64,000 nt of DNA from an uncultured Gemmatimonadota bacterium (GTDB taxonomy: Bacteria > JAAXHH01): positions 1,120,001 through 1,184,000 of the forward strand of contig OX638340.1 of NCBI GenBank assembly GCA_951812955.1, in the 5' to 3' direction. The notes beneath the pieces are model-generated. The model had not been told where the DNA came from and made no database searches. It worked only from the letters and a program-made list of their open reading frames with translations. The number at the start of each line of letters is the position of its first letter. Positions within the stretch are counted from its first letter, which is position 1. This document shows positions 55,058-64,000 of this stretch, piece by piece. Both the position numbers and the translations under genes were made by a program.

Positions 55058-57418
55058 TTACGCAAGATCGGGACCGGCCAGTCGGTAACCGACCCGAGGC
55101 TCGTTAGAGATGTACGTCGGGCTTCCCGCATCATCACCCAGTTTGGAGCGGAGTTTCTTCACGAAAGCATGCACAACCCGGTTGTCTTCGGAACTTCCGG
55201 ACCGCCATACGTTGCGCAACAAATAGTCGTAAGTCACGACGCGGCCGGCGTTGGTCGCAAGCACGCGTAGTAAATCGTATTCGGTTGCGGTCAGTTTCAA
55301 AGGTTCGTCCGCCAGGGTCACCCGTCGTTGCTCGAAGTCGATGACGAGATCAATCACCCGGTAGGGCTCGGGTGGACCGGCATGCCTGCGAAGCGCCGAC
55401 TGGATTCTGGCCACCAGTTCCGTAGGCGAATACGGCTTGACCACATAATCGGCTGCTCCGATCTCCAGAGCTTTGGCAATTGTCTCGTCTCTGCCATACG
55501 CGGACAGGAAGATAACCGGCTGATCAGCCATGGCCGGCACGCTTTGCATCAGTTCGATACCGTCCGCATCCGGGAGCAGCAAATCCAGTAGTACCAGATC
55601 CGGTTGACGTGATTTAATCAGACCGGGTACGTCATTGGGATTGCCGGTCACCAGCGCCTCGAAACTCGCGTCCTCGAGTATACCCCGTATCTGTTCCAAC
55701 ACCTGTGGGTCGTCATCCACCACAAGGACCAGCGGCTTCTGCCGATTTCCCGTGTCCGGGAGTCTTTGCCTCATGAAGGAGGGCAATTCGATCATGGCCG
55801 GCGCTTCATCCGCCACAGGTATCGTAAATGTAAAACGTGTGCCTAGACCGTTACCTTCGCTCTCGACCCAGATACGGCCGCCATGCGCCTCGACAAGTCC
55901 CTTGCAGATGGCCAGTCCGAGGCCCTCCCCAACCCCGCGTCCGCGATCTTCCCGTCCGCTTCGGGCAAACTTGCTAAAAATGTGCGGCAGACGCTCTGCG
56001 GGAATCCCTCGCCCTTCATCGACTACCGAAACCGCTACGAACAACCCCTCGCGTTGCGCAAGTACCTGTATGACTGACGATTCTGGCGCGTGGCGGGTAG
56101 CGTTGGACAACAGGTTGATCAGGACCTGAACTATGCGCTGCCGGTCCACCCGCACCCGAGGCAGATCAGTAGGCAGGTCAATACTGATCTGGATACGGCT
56201 CTCACTACTGAGAAACATATTCCGAGCCTGGTCCACAATGGCAGCCAGATCCGAGTACTCGGGGGATACCGACAGCGATCCCGTCTCGATATGAGCCGCG
56301 TCCAGCAGGTCGCTGATCAACTGTCTCATGTGATCGGCCTGGTCGTTGATTATGCGGAAAAGCTGCCGGGTCTCGGCCGGGTCCAGCACCGACGGGGTCT
56401 CTAGCACGGTGGCGGCACAGCCCTTTACAGAAGTCAAGGGAGCCCTGAGCTCGTGACTCACCAAGCTTAAAAACTCGGCCCGCATTCTTTCAAGTTCTTC
56501 TATCGGCGTCATATCCTGTAAGGTAACAACCAAGGACTCGACTTCTTCCTGCGGTGAACGTATAGGCGTTGCGTTGACCAGTATCGTGACCTTCCGGCCG
56601 TCCGGAACCTCAAGTACGATCTCTTCGGCGCGAACCGGTGTGGCCTCGTTCAACGCCTCAACCAATGCGGACTTCTCCAGGGCAATCGCACGCCCGTCGG
56701 TTCGCCGCGCACTCATCACGTCCAACAAATCCTCGGCGGTGTTTCCCGGTGTCATGAGATTGCCGACAATGCGTCGCGTCTCCTGGTTAAGGGATACCAA
56801 CTTGCCACTTTGGGCGTCAATTACCACTACACCAACCGGAGACGTGTCTATCAGGGCTTCCAGGTCGGCCCTGACCCGTCGCTCATCGCCGTGCCTGCGG
56901 GCGTTTGCGATCGCCGCCCCGGCCTGCGAAGCGAACAGCGACAGCATCCCTTCATCCTCACCCGTAAACCCCTGATCGGACACTTTTCCAACGAGACTGA
57001 ATATGCCAACATGCACGCCTTGATGCCGCATGGGCATGCCCAGGTAACAACCAGCCAGTACAGGGTCCGCCGGGAACCCTAACGAGGCAAGGTGAGTCGC
57101 TAGTTCCTTGAGCCTTAGTGGACGTTGGACCTGTCGAAAAAACTCCCACAGATCGTACCCAAAAGGTAGATCTGTCAGCCGCCTGTATTCTTCGGGGCTC
57201 ACGCCATATGTGACAAAATCCTGCAGGCTGCCCGTTGCATCCATTGTACAGATTGCGCCGTATTCCGCATTGGTCAACAAGCATGCGTTTTCCACGACCT
57301 CGTGCAAGACGGTTTTGATATCAAGGCTTTCGCTGATACGCACACTTGCCTGACTTAGACCTAAGAATCGCTCCTTGAGCGATTGTATCTCCGCTTGCAA
57401 CTCTTCGATTTTGGACAT
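55058..57418 (-). CDS. Hybrid sensor histidine kinase fused to a complete OmpR-family response regulator (GAF - PAS-like - HisKA - HATPase_c - REC - winged-helix trans_reg_C)
   Basis: H-box SHELRAPLTSV, N/G boxes (LLSNATRHA, DEGRGIP, GLGLAICKGLVEAHGG), REC (LVVDDD...LLDLLLPDADG...VKP), C-terminal OmpR wing (LTATEYDLLRVLA....RVGYRL). Confidence 0.85.
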   Translation of the reverse strand: MSKIEELQAEIQSLKERFLGLSQASVRISESLDIKTVLHEVVENACLLTNAEYGAICTMDATGSLQDFVTYGVSPEEYRRLTDLPFGYDLWEFFRQVQRPLRLKELATHLASLGFPADPVLAGCYLGMPMRHQGVHVGIFSLVGKVSDQGFTGEDEGMLSLFASQAGAAIANARRHGDERRVRADLEALIDTSPVGVVVIDAQSGKLVSLNQETRRIVGNLMTPGNTAEDLLDVMSARRTDGRAIALEKSALVEALNEATPVRAEEIVLEVPDGRKVTILVNATPIRSPQEEVESLVVTLQDMTPIEELERMRAEFLSLVSHELRAPLTSVKGCAATVLETPSVLDPAETRQLFRIINDQADHMRQLISDLLDAAHIETGSLSVSPEYSDLAAIVDQARNMFLSSESRIQISIDLPTDLPRVRVDRQRIVQVLINLLSNATRHAPESSVIQVLAQREGLFVAVSVVDEGRGIPAERLPHIFSKFARSGREDRGRGVGEGLGLAICKGLVEAHGGRIWVESEGNGLGTRFTFTIPVADEAPAMIELPSFMRQRLPDTGNRQKPLVLVVDDDPQVLEQIRGILEDASFEALVTGNPNDVPGLIKSRQPDLVLLDLLLPDADGIELMQSVPAMADQPVIFLSAYGRDETIAKALEIGAADYVVKPYSPTELVARIQSALRRHAGPPEPYRVIDLVIDFEQRRVTLADEPLKLTATEYDLLRVLATNAGRVVTYDYLLRNVWRSGSSEDNRVVHAFVKKLRSKLGDDAGSPTYISNEPRVGYRLAGPDLA

Positions 57419-57688
57419 GTTTCCCCTCAGGGTTTTTGCAACTACGGACTATCAGTCAGATTGGTCGATTTCGCATGATTCAAATAGGCTGGGTTGACCG
57501 GGATCGTGTCACTTAAAAACACCTATTCATGAATGTTCAGCGTAAAATCACAATCATTAACCAAAATATCATTACCATGTCAGAAAAACCAGGAATAAAT
57601 GCCGTGTAATACACATTTTGGTCAGTTATACTATTGACAGTTTTCCGCCCTCCCTTGAGATCGACCCGATTTTGTTGGTGAATTAAGC

Positions 57689-57994
57689 ATGCGAAAGGAT
57701 CCCGCATTGCTGTACGCCATAGTCTTAATGAGTGATGATAACCACACCCTGACAGACTTGGATCGCATTGTCAATGCTTCCAACGTCGTACCTGCTGAAG
57801 TTCCATTCCTGAAGTTCCCCCACGTACACTTCGTGATGTATGATGGGACCTCAAAAGCTCTAAGTACCCACCTTGGTCTGGCACGAAGGAAGATCCCGGC
57901 AATCGTGTTTGAGATAACCAGGAACAGCTATGCCGGCTATGGACCTGCTGTTTTCGATACCTGGATCAGAAAAAACTCGGAAGAGATTCGTTGA
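57689..57994 (+). CDS. Hypothetical protein (101 aa) in low-GC island
   Basis: Track ORF in an AT-richer region. No recognisable motif. Confidence 0.3.
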   Translation: MRKDPALLYAIVLMSDDNHTLTDLDRIVNASNVVPAEVPFLKFPHVHFVMYDGTSKALSTHLGLARRKIPAIVFEITRNSYAGYGPAVFDTWIRKNSEEIR

Positions 57995-58091
57995 GAACCC
58001 TGGTCAAGTGCTCTCACATTCACATGCGAGTTTTTGCCAGTACACGAATACGTTGCTGAAGCAGCAGTCAAACTTTCGCTAAGGTGAGAAC

Positions 58092-59147
58092 ATGAATCGT
58101 GTTCTAGTCGTGCATGCGCTGTCGTTGGTGATCGGTTGTGCGGGTGACCAGGGACCGATTGGCCCCGGGGGGGAACAAGGTCCATAGAGCCTTCAATGTT
58201 CAGAGGGACCGGTAGGGCCGCAGGGCACGCGGGGCGAGCAAGGGCCGCAGGGAATAGCCGGGCCGACCGACCCACAGGGCTCACAGGGTCCACAGGGGAC
58301 TGGCGCGCCGCTGAATTGGGCAGACGTGATCGAGGAGGGGAACCTCTACGACGCGGTCTATGTGGTCGGTGTCTAGACTGAGAGTTACTGGACCATTATC
58401 GGCACGGCTTTTGCAGCCTACTACGACGACAAGATGTGGACCAACGCCCACGTCGTAAAGCGTGCTATGGAGGAAGCGCAGAATAAGATTGGCGAAGTGC
58501 GAACATTCGTGGCGCGAGCAGGAGAGCGGTTTGTGGATGAAGGGCAAGGTCCGGGATTTATCTACTGGAACGGCGCTATCATCCACGAAGACTATGATGC
58601 TGAGCAGTATCCCCATGACAGCCCCGACGTCGCCCTGCTCCGCCTGGAGGAGAATGTTACTGGACCACTGCCCGAGCTCTTGCCGCGTGAATTCAGCCAG
58701 GACCTGCGCATAGGCCAGCCGCAGGGAATATTGGGATATCCAGGCGGGCTGGGACATTAAACCCTCGAGCTCGTATTGCTGACGTTCAAAGAAGGCACGC
58801 TGTCTGCGCTGCGGCCCTTCCTGAACGAGAGCTTTGACGGAACCAATACGGGGATGTTGCTGCACTACAATTTCCTTACAGAAGGCGGGACACGCGGGAG
58901 CCCCGTCTTCGATCACAACGGTTACATCGTAGGCATCAATTTCGCCGGTCTTGATAAAGAAATCGAGTTCGGAGAGGAACTCGTCACGATTGAAACGTCG
59001 CACCAATTCGGCATACACGTGGAGGCTCTTTGGCAAATGATCGACCAGGTTGGCGGAGCGCCGGCCGTCGCCGCGCGCGTTACGGTACCGGAAGGATCTT
59101 ACGAGCCATTTCCGGCCGGCTGGATTGGTGAGACTATCGCGCCCTAG
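58092..59147 (+). pseudogene. Collagen-like / trypsin-like (S1) serine protease lipoprotein gene interrupted by three in-frame stop codons (TAG 58185, TAG 58375, TAA 58758) with no frameshift
   Basis: A single frame-0 reading gives, in order: signal peptide plus lipobox (LVIGC); GDQGPIGPGGEQGP*...[31 protein letters not shown] (Gly-X-Y repeats); ...VYVVGV*TESYWTIIGTAFAAYYDDKMWTNAHVV (catalytic His region); DVALLRL (Asp); ...GH*TLEL...GGTRGSPVFD (Ser-region). Track ORFs 58434..58760 and 58776..59147 are in the same frame as the ATG at 58092. Confidence 0.55.
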
Positions 59148-59210
59148 GAATTACAATCCGGAATTGTCCCGAGTTTTTTCAACCAATTATCCACACGAAA
59201 GGAATGAACC

Positions 59211-59762
59211 ATGAGATCCGTCCTATTTATCGTTGCCATGCTGGTTTTCACAGCCTGCGAGGGCAAGGTAGGACCGGCTGGACCGGCTGGACCGGCTGGA
59301 TCAGCCGGTCCACAGGGTGTAAAGGGCGATACCGGGTCGCTGGGACCGAAGGGTGACAGTGGTGATCCTGGACCGGCAGGGCCGGCAGGGCCGGCAGGAC
59401 CGCAGGGGCCGGCAGGACCGCAGGGGCCGACAGGGCCGGCAGGACCGGAAGGCGGTGGTACCACGGAGCCGCCACCACCACCGCCGGAGCCGCCACCACC
59501 ACCGCCGCCACCGCCGCCACCGCCGCCACCGCCGGCCGGCGACGGAGCCTGCGTAGCCGGGTTGGTCGTGAATCCGGGTGAGAGTTGCGTTTACAATGGC
59601 TACGACTTTTCCGTTAGTTCCGAAGGCAGAGGGCGCATTGCCTTTTTCTCCGCGGGAAGCGGTATAGATGCAAGGGGTACCACGATCAACGGCGTACTTT
59701 GGAACTTCCATGCAACCCGAAACAGTGGCAGTAGCAGTTGGACCATTCATTCTGCTGATTGA
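59211..59762 (+). CDS. Lipoprotein with collagen-like Gly-X-Y repeats and a poly-proline ([22 protein letters not shown]) tract plus small C-terminal domain
   Basis: Signal peptide plus lipobox FTAC, about 25 GXY triplets, then a 24-residue Pro run encoded by a (CCG/CCA)n repeat. Confidence 0.65.
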   Translation: MRSVLFIVAMLVFTACEGKVGPAGPAGPAGSAGPQGVKGDTGSLGPKGDSGDPGPAGPAGPAGPQGPAGPQGPTGPAGPEGGGTTEPPPPPPEPPPPPPPPPPPPPPPAGDGACVAGLVVNPGESCVYNGYDFSVSSEGRGRIAFFSAGSGIDARGTTINGVLWNFHATRNSGSSSWTIHSAD

Positions 59763-60305
59763 ATGGTTTCACCAGGTACGCTTCATCTCAATGGTTTCCT
59801 CTTCATATGGTGTCAACCAAATCTGTGTGCGAAACACCGCTGTCGGTAACCTGGCTGGAACGGAGTAACAATCGTGGTCGGTGAATTGTATCGGTTAATA
59901 AGTTGCATTGCGGCTTTCTGGTTTTGGGCGGATCCTTACCGTGCAACAACGATAGCGGGGTCGAGTCGTTATCTGTTCGTGCGATGGTTCTGTTCGTCTT
60001 GACTCCCAGACCGGCGAAGGCAAGGGAAGCGGGAGTTCGCGCGACGAAGCCTTGTTGTCCGCTTTTCCGATTGTTTGTTCTAAACTCAGTATCGACAGCA
60101 AAACACTCAGTCGATGTGAACAGAACTGGATTTCGAGAACGCCAGACTTTCGGGAACGTGACCATTGTAATCCCTGCTGAGAAGATTGTCACATGCTTTG
60201 AGTCTTCTTGAGGATGAAGTTTATCAATGAACGAAATTCCAATGCAAATGGAGGTTGATAAGCTGTAGTGCACTCCAAAATGGGACAAGTAGTTAAGCTA
60301 CAGGT

Positions 60306-61263
60306 TTAAACAGGTGGTTTCATTTGCTCGAACTCGACCGAAGGCGTGTAGCTTAAGGCGGGGTGCAAGCGTTTACGATTGTAGAGCTTGTAGATGAAGT
60401 AACCGATGCGTGATCGGGCTTCTTCGAGGGATTCGTACTCGTAGAGATAGCCCTCCTCGTATTTGAGCGTCCTGATGAAGCGCTCTGCTTTGGCGTTGTC
60501 ATAGGGGTTATCGCGCCGGCTCATGCTGATTCTAATACCGGCCTTTTTGTGGGTTTCGACATAGGCTTTGGAGGCGTACTACACGTCCCGGTCGGAGTGA
60601 TGTACCAAGCCCTTTGGTACCGATCTGGATGCCAGGGCGCTGTCCAAGGCATGAAGGGCAAGACCTGCATCGAGGGTTCGATTCAAAGCCCAGCCGATGC
60701 ATTTTCTGCTGCAGGCGTCAAGGACCACGGCCAGATAGATCCATTCGCCGGCCAGGCGGATGTAGGTGATTTCGGTCCCCCAGAGTTGATTGACTCCGAT
60801 TGTGTTCAGTTCCGGAACCAATTGGCGTAGAAGGCACGATCAGGGTTCGAGTCGGTGGTCGTTACGAAGACCTTGAGTCGCAGGGCAATCCGGTTGTCTT
60901 CGTACATGAGGCGCAGGACGCGCTTATGGTTTCAACAGGTAGAAAAGGCGTCTGAGTGTCCTAGTCAAAGAACGGTAGCCTTAGGAAGACCAGGTAAGGG
61001 AGAGCTTGTGTATCATGTCCCGCAGTTCAAGGGCCGGATCCATACGGCCTCAGAGACCGAGGTAGTAGCTGGATCGACCGATCGAGAGCGTCCTGCGAAT
61101 CCGGGTGACCACGAGACCGTCTACTGAGGGCGTAATTGGTGGCGCCACCTGTGAATCCGCTTGGGATGAACCTAGTGTTCCGCGGCTGACTGAATGATAG
61201 ATTTACCCGAATCGGCTTCCTAAAGGACTTGGAGCTTGAACTCACGGGTGAACAGACGGCGTT
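60306..61263 (-). mobile_element. Degraded IS3-family insertion sequence (OrfA/OrfB transposase pseudogene with multiple in-frame stops)
   Basis: Minus-strand fragments read: OrfA start MTLKRRLFTREFKLQVL* (ATG complement 61261-63); ...IGRSSYYL; NHKRVLRLMYEDNRIALRLK; QLWGTEITYIRLAGEWIYLAVVLDACSRKCIGWAL...VHHSDRD (DDE/rve core); DNPYDNAKAERFIRTLKYE (C-terminus, stop at 60306). These are interrupted by several stops, and the ends/IRs are not delimited. Confidence 0.6.
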
Positions 61264-61388
61264 TCAGAGTCATGAAGCGCCTCCTCGATCGGTAGGAAGC
61301 TTAACTCTGTCTCCCAGTCAAGGGTGCGGTACGATTTAACGTAAACTGACAGATGAGCCTGCAACAATCAACAAGAGGCAAGGAAACC

Positions 61389-64000
61389 ATGCCCTTGATT
61401 TACATTCGTGCCATACCCGTGTTCATATGTCTTGTATTGTTCACTCTGACCACCTGCGGCAAGGACAGCCCCACCAGACCGAAGCCGCCAGATCCACCGC
61501 CGCCAGTAGTGCCCGTAGCCACCCGCATTGACATCACTCCGCCTTCTGCCACGTTGAACTCGGTTGGCCAGACTATTCAACTCAACGCAAGAGTCCTGGA
61601 TCAGAACAACGCGCCAATTAGTGGCGCAGCCGTGACATGGACCAGCAGCGACAACGGCGTGGCTACCGTCACCGTCCAGGGGTTGGTAACTGCGGTAAAG
61701 AACGGCACGGCACGGATCACAGCCCGATCAGGTAATATCTCTGCAAATGCGAATGTCACTGTGTTACAGACAGCCGGTAGTATCGTTATCGAATCGGCTA
61801 TGACGACGCTAACAGCCATCGGTCAGACCGTCCAGCTGACGGCGAATGTACTGGATCGTAATGACAAGCCGGTAGCCGGTGCTGTCGTGACCTGGACGAG
61901 CAGCGATGCGTCCGTAGCAACGGTCAACGAACAGGGGTTGGTGACGGCCGTCAAGAGTGGCGGCACACGGATCACGGCACGGTCAGGCAGCGCCTCAGCA
62001 GGCATCACTGTTACGGTAATGCAGTCGGTAGCAAGTATCGTGATAGAGCCTGAGATGGCGACGCTCATGTCGATCGGCGAGACCGTGCAACTCACCGCCA
62101 CCGTTCTAGATCAGAACCGGCAACCAGTAGATGATGCCGTCGTCACCTGGCAGAGCAGCGATGAGGAAGTGGCCACCGTAAGCGCTGCAGGACTCGTTAC
62201 CGCCATCGGCAACGGCATGGCAACTGTCACCGCCAGATCAGGCAACGCCTCGCAGACGGCAACCTTGACTGTGACGATCCTTGATACACGACGCGACCGA
62301 GAAGCCCTTGCCGCACTGTATCATAGTACGGATGGACCGAATTGGACCAACAACACGAACTGGCTGAGCGATGCGCCTCTAGACTCATGGCATGGCATAG
62401 GAACTACCACACTTGGAGAGGTTCAGTATCTGAATTTGGGGGAGAACAATCTCCACGGCATCATCCCACCTGAAATAGGCAAACTTCAAAAACTGACAGT
62501 ACTGGCGCTCTACGGCAATAGTTTGACCGGCAACATCCCGCCCGAAATCGGACAGTTACAGAACCTGACAGATCTTAATCTCGGCGACAACGAGTTGAGC
62601 GGCCCTATCCCCACTGAAATAGGGCAACTTCAAAAACTGACAGGTCTTACTCTCGCCGGCAACCAGTTGAGCGGTCCAATCCCCCCTAATATAGTGCAAT
62701 TGCTGGAACTAAAATTCCTGTGGCTCGGCGGCAACCAGTTGAGCGGTCCTATCCCCACTGAAATAGGGCAACTTCAAAAACTGACAACTCTATGGCTAGG
62801 CGCTAATCAACTGACCGGCAACATCCCGCCCGAAATCGGACAGTTGCGAAACCTTACTGACCTAAATCTTGATTTTAACCAGTTGTCTGGATCCATACCC
62901 CCCTTAATCGGACAACTACAGCATCTGAAATTCCTGCGGCTGAATGGCAACCAGTTGACTGGATCCATTCCGCCCGAAATCGGACAGCTTAGCATGCTTA
63001 GGTTCTTGAACATGGCCTTCAATCCCAATCTTTCGGGGCCATTACCGGTAACAATCACCTCTCTTTCCAACATGGAATCCCTGAGTTTGCACTACACTCA
63101 AGTATGTATTCCTCCTACCGCCCAATTCCAGTCATGGTTAGACGGGATAGAAAACATAAGAGGCGATATTTCTAGCTGTCCAGGGCCAGAGGGACCAGTG
63201 GAACCGGAAGAACCGGAAGAACCGGAAATGCCGCCTCCTGTCGGAGAGCGTCTGGACGTGAGGATTGTTTATTTTGTTCCTGCAAATCATACTGGATACC
63301 CGAACATAGATGCCAAGATAGATTCGTTGGTCAACATCGTCAAATTGACTTATGCGGAGATATTTGAATTTCATGGCTTCGGCGATAGAACCTTTCAGCA
63401 CGAGCAAAATGCGGATGGCACGGCCAGGGTATATCATGTGAAGGGCCAATACGATGGCGAATACTATTCCAGCGAAACATTTTTTAAGGTTATACATACC
63501 GAATTGGAACAGATATTCGATTTAGAATCGAATATTTACTGGGTCGTATTGGATGCTATCGATGCAACTGTAGATGGTTATTGCGGGCAAGGGTATGGTG
63601 ATCTTCCTGAGGGCGGCGCGTTTTTAATACCCGGACCAAACGACTACTGGTTGGAGGATCGCGGGTGGAGTTGTTTCAACCCATCAGTTGCATCCCACGA
63701 AATCGGACATTCCTTTGGTCTAACCCATGACCTGCTCAGAGACGAAGTGCGTGTCGAGTCCTCATATCAAGATGACTGGATGATTACTTCGTATTGTGCC
63801 GCCGAATGGATGTCGGTACATCCATTCTTCACCGGCGAACCAACCACGGGGAATGACAATGAGGGTGAAATAAGTCTAAGGTCGATTTCTGATGCTTCAT
63901 CCGAGACTATCCGCCTGGTTTTCGATGTGAGCGACCCCGATATGCTGCACCAGGCTCAACTTCTTGATAGAAACGGAGAAACGATAGCCTACCGTGGATT
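61389..64000 (+). CDS. Large lipoprotein: 3 x Big_2 (bacterial Ig-like) domains, about 10 plant-specific-type leucine-rich repeats, and a C-terminal metzincin-like zinc protease domain (partial, continues past window end)
   Basis: Manual translation from the ATG at 61389; not in the track because it is open to the window end. Lipobox LTTCG. Three ~85-aa repeats of TLxxxGQTVQLxAxVLDQNxxPVxxAxVTWxSSDxxVATV...GLVTAVxNGTAxITARSG. Then LRRs of the 24-residue plant-specific class (LxxLxxLxLxxNxLxGxIPxEIGQL). Then HEIGHSFGLTHD (HExxHxxGxxH/D). GC content and codon usage are visibly lower and more AT-rich than the rest of the window. Confidence 0.7.
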   Translation, partial: MPLIYIRAIPVFICLVLFTLTTCGKDSPTRPKPPDPPPPVVPVATRIDITPPSATLNSVGQTIQLNARVLDQNNAPISGAAVTWTSSDNGVATVTVQGLVTAVKNGTARITARSGNISANANVTVLQTAGSIVIESAMTTLTAIGQTVQLTANVLDRNDKPVAGAVVTWTSSDASVATVNEQGLVTAVKSGGTRITARSGSASAGITVTVMQSVASIVIEPEMATLMSIGETVQLTATVLDQNRQPVDDAVVTWQSSDEEVATVSAAGLVTAIGNGMATVTARSGNASQTATLTVTILDTRRDREALAALYHSTDGPNWTNNTNWLSDAPLDSWHGIGTTTLGEVQYLNLGENNLHGIIPPEIGKLQKLTVLALYGNSLTGNIPPEIGQLQNLTDLNLGDNELSGPIPTEIGQLQKLTGLTLAGNQLSGPIPPNIVQLLELKFLWLGGNQLSGPIPTEIGQLQKLTTLWLGANQLTGNIPPEIGQLRNLTDLNLDFNQLSGSIPPLIGQLQHLKFLRLNGNQLTGSIPPEIGQLSMLRFLNMAFNPNLSGPLPVTITSLSNMESLSLHYTQVCIPPTAQFQSWLDGIENIRGDISSCPGPEGPVEPEEPEEPEMPPPVGERLDVRIVYFVPANHTGYPNIDAKIDSLVNIVKLTYAEIFEFHGFGDRTFQHEQNADGTARVYHVKGQYDGEYYSSETFFKVIHTELEQIFDLESNIYWVVLDAIDATVDGYCGQGYGDLPEGGAFLIPGPNDYWLEDRGWSCFNPSVASHEIGHSFGLTHDLLRDEVRVESSYQDDWMITSYCAAEWMSVHPFFTGEPTTGNDNEGEISLRSISDASSETIRLVFDVSDPDMLHQAQLLDRNGETIAYRG

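Noticed and set aside
58092-59147. Alternative genetic code (TAG/TAA read as Gln) for the whole contig
   Set aside because: TAA and TAG terminate well-supported genes elsewhere in the window (patB TAA, lepB TAG, peptidase TAG). Local pseudogenisation or sequence error is more parsimonious. It is kept only as a low-probability alternative in the finding.
59803-60288. 161-aa minus-strand ORF next to the IS3 remnant
   Set aside because: There is no recognisable motif, the composition is atypical, and it overlaps what is likely the IS end or the 3' UTR of the collagen lipoprotein. It is probably non-coding.
60541-60600. Exact frame relationship between the two IS3 OrfB fragments (60306..60524 and 60579..60821)
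   Set aside because: My manual indexing of this line was off by one relative to the track coordinates, so I could not decide between an in-frame stop and a frameshift. Only the pseudogene status is reported, not the lesion type.

Overview
This is a high-GC (~60-65%), gene-dense bacterial window. Its content suggests an aerobic heterotroph with an expanded catabolic/secreted repertoire: three enolase-superfamily paralogs, two PhyH-family dioxygenases, a CaiB/BaiF CoA-transferase, SDR, Gfo/Idh/MocA, NHL/TPR/CRTAC1 beta-propeller proteins and several collagen-like lipoproteins. Housekeeping genes are interspersed: mutL, tsaC, ltaE, lepB, ctaA, tRNA-Trp(CCA), patB/malY, an alanine aminotransferase and an EpmA-like class II aaRS paralog. 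I call about 55 CDS, one tRNA, two terminator-like hairpins, two consensus sigma70-like promoters and five tandem-repeat tracts. Most plus-strand ORFs in the supplied track that lie opposite long minus-strand genes (and vice versa) are GC-driven shadow ORFs and were discarded.

The observations most worth a second look are:
(1) A translationally coupled pair (ATGA overlap) of an ABC-type AAA_21-like ATPase and a bacterial homolog of archaeal IMP cyclohydrolase PurO (NTN-hydrolase fold). It sits at the end of a PhyH-enolase operon and is a candidate novel two-gene module, possibly a nucleotide-targeting defence-like module.
(2) A lower-GC island from about 57.4 kb to the window end. It contains an IS3-family transposase remnant and a collagen-like/trypsin-like protease lipoprotein gene, both interrupted only by in-frame TAG/TAA codons with no frameshifts. 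It also holds an intact collagen/poly-Pro lipoprotein and a large, intact lipoprotein combining three Big_2 domains, about ten plant-type LRRs and a metzincin HExxHxxGxxH protease domain.
(3) Two independent PhyH-dioxygenase/enolase gene pairs, plus a third enolase.
(4) A nucleotidyltransferase, Gfo/Idh/MocA oxidoreductase, TIM-barrel isomerase and class-III aminotransferase cassette with an orphan SBP, suggestive of an amino-sugar or aminocyclitol pathway.
(5) A thiol-dioxygenase-like cupin / membrane desaturase / cupin / soluble di-iron cluster.
(6) Several distinct perfect or near-perfect intergenic tandem repeats (72 bp x2, 30 bp x3, 14 bp x6, and a complex repeat).
(7) A sensor kinase fused to a complete OmpR-type response regulator.

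No CRISPR array, rRNA or intact prophage was seen.
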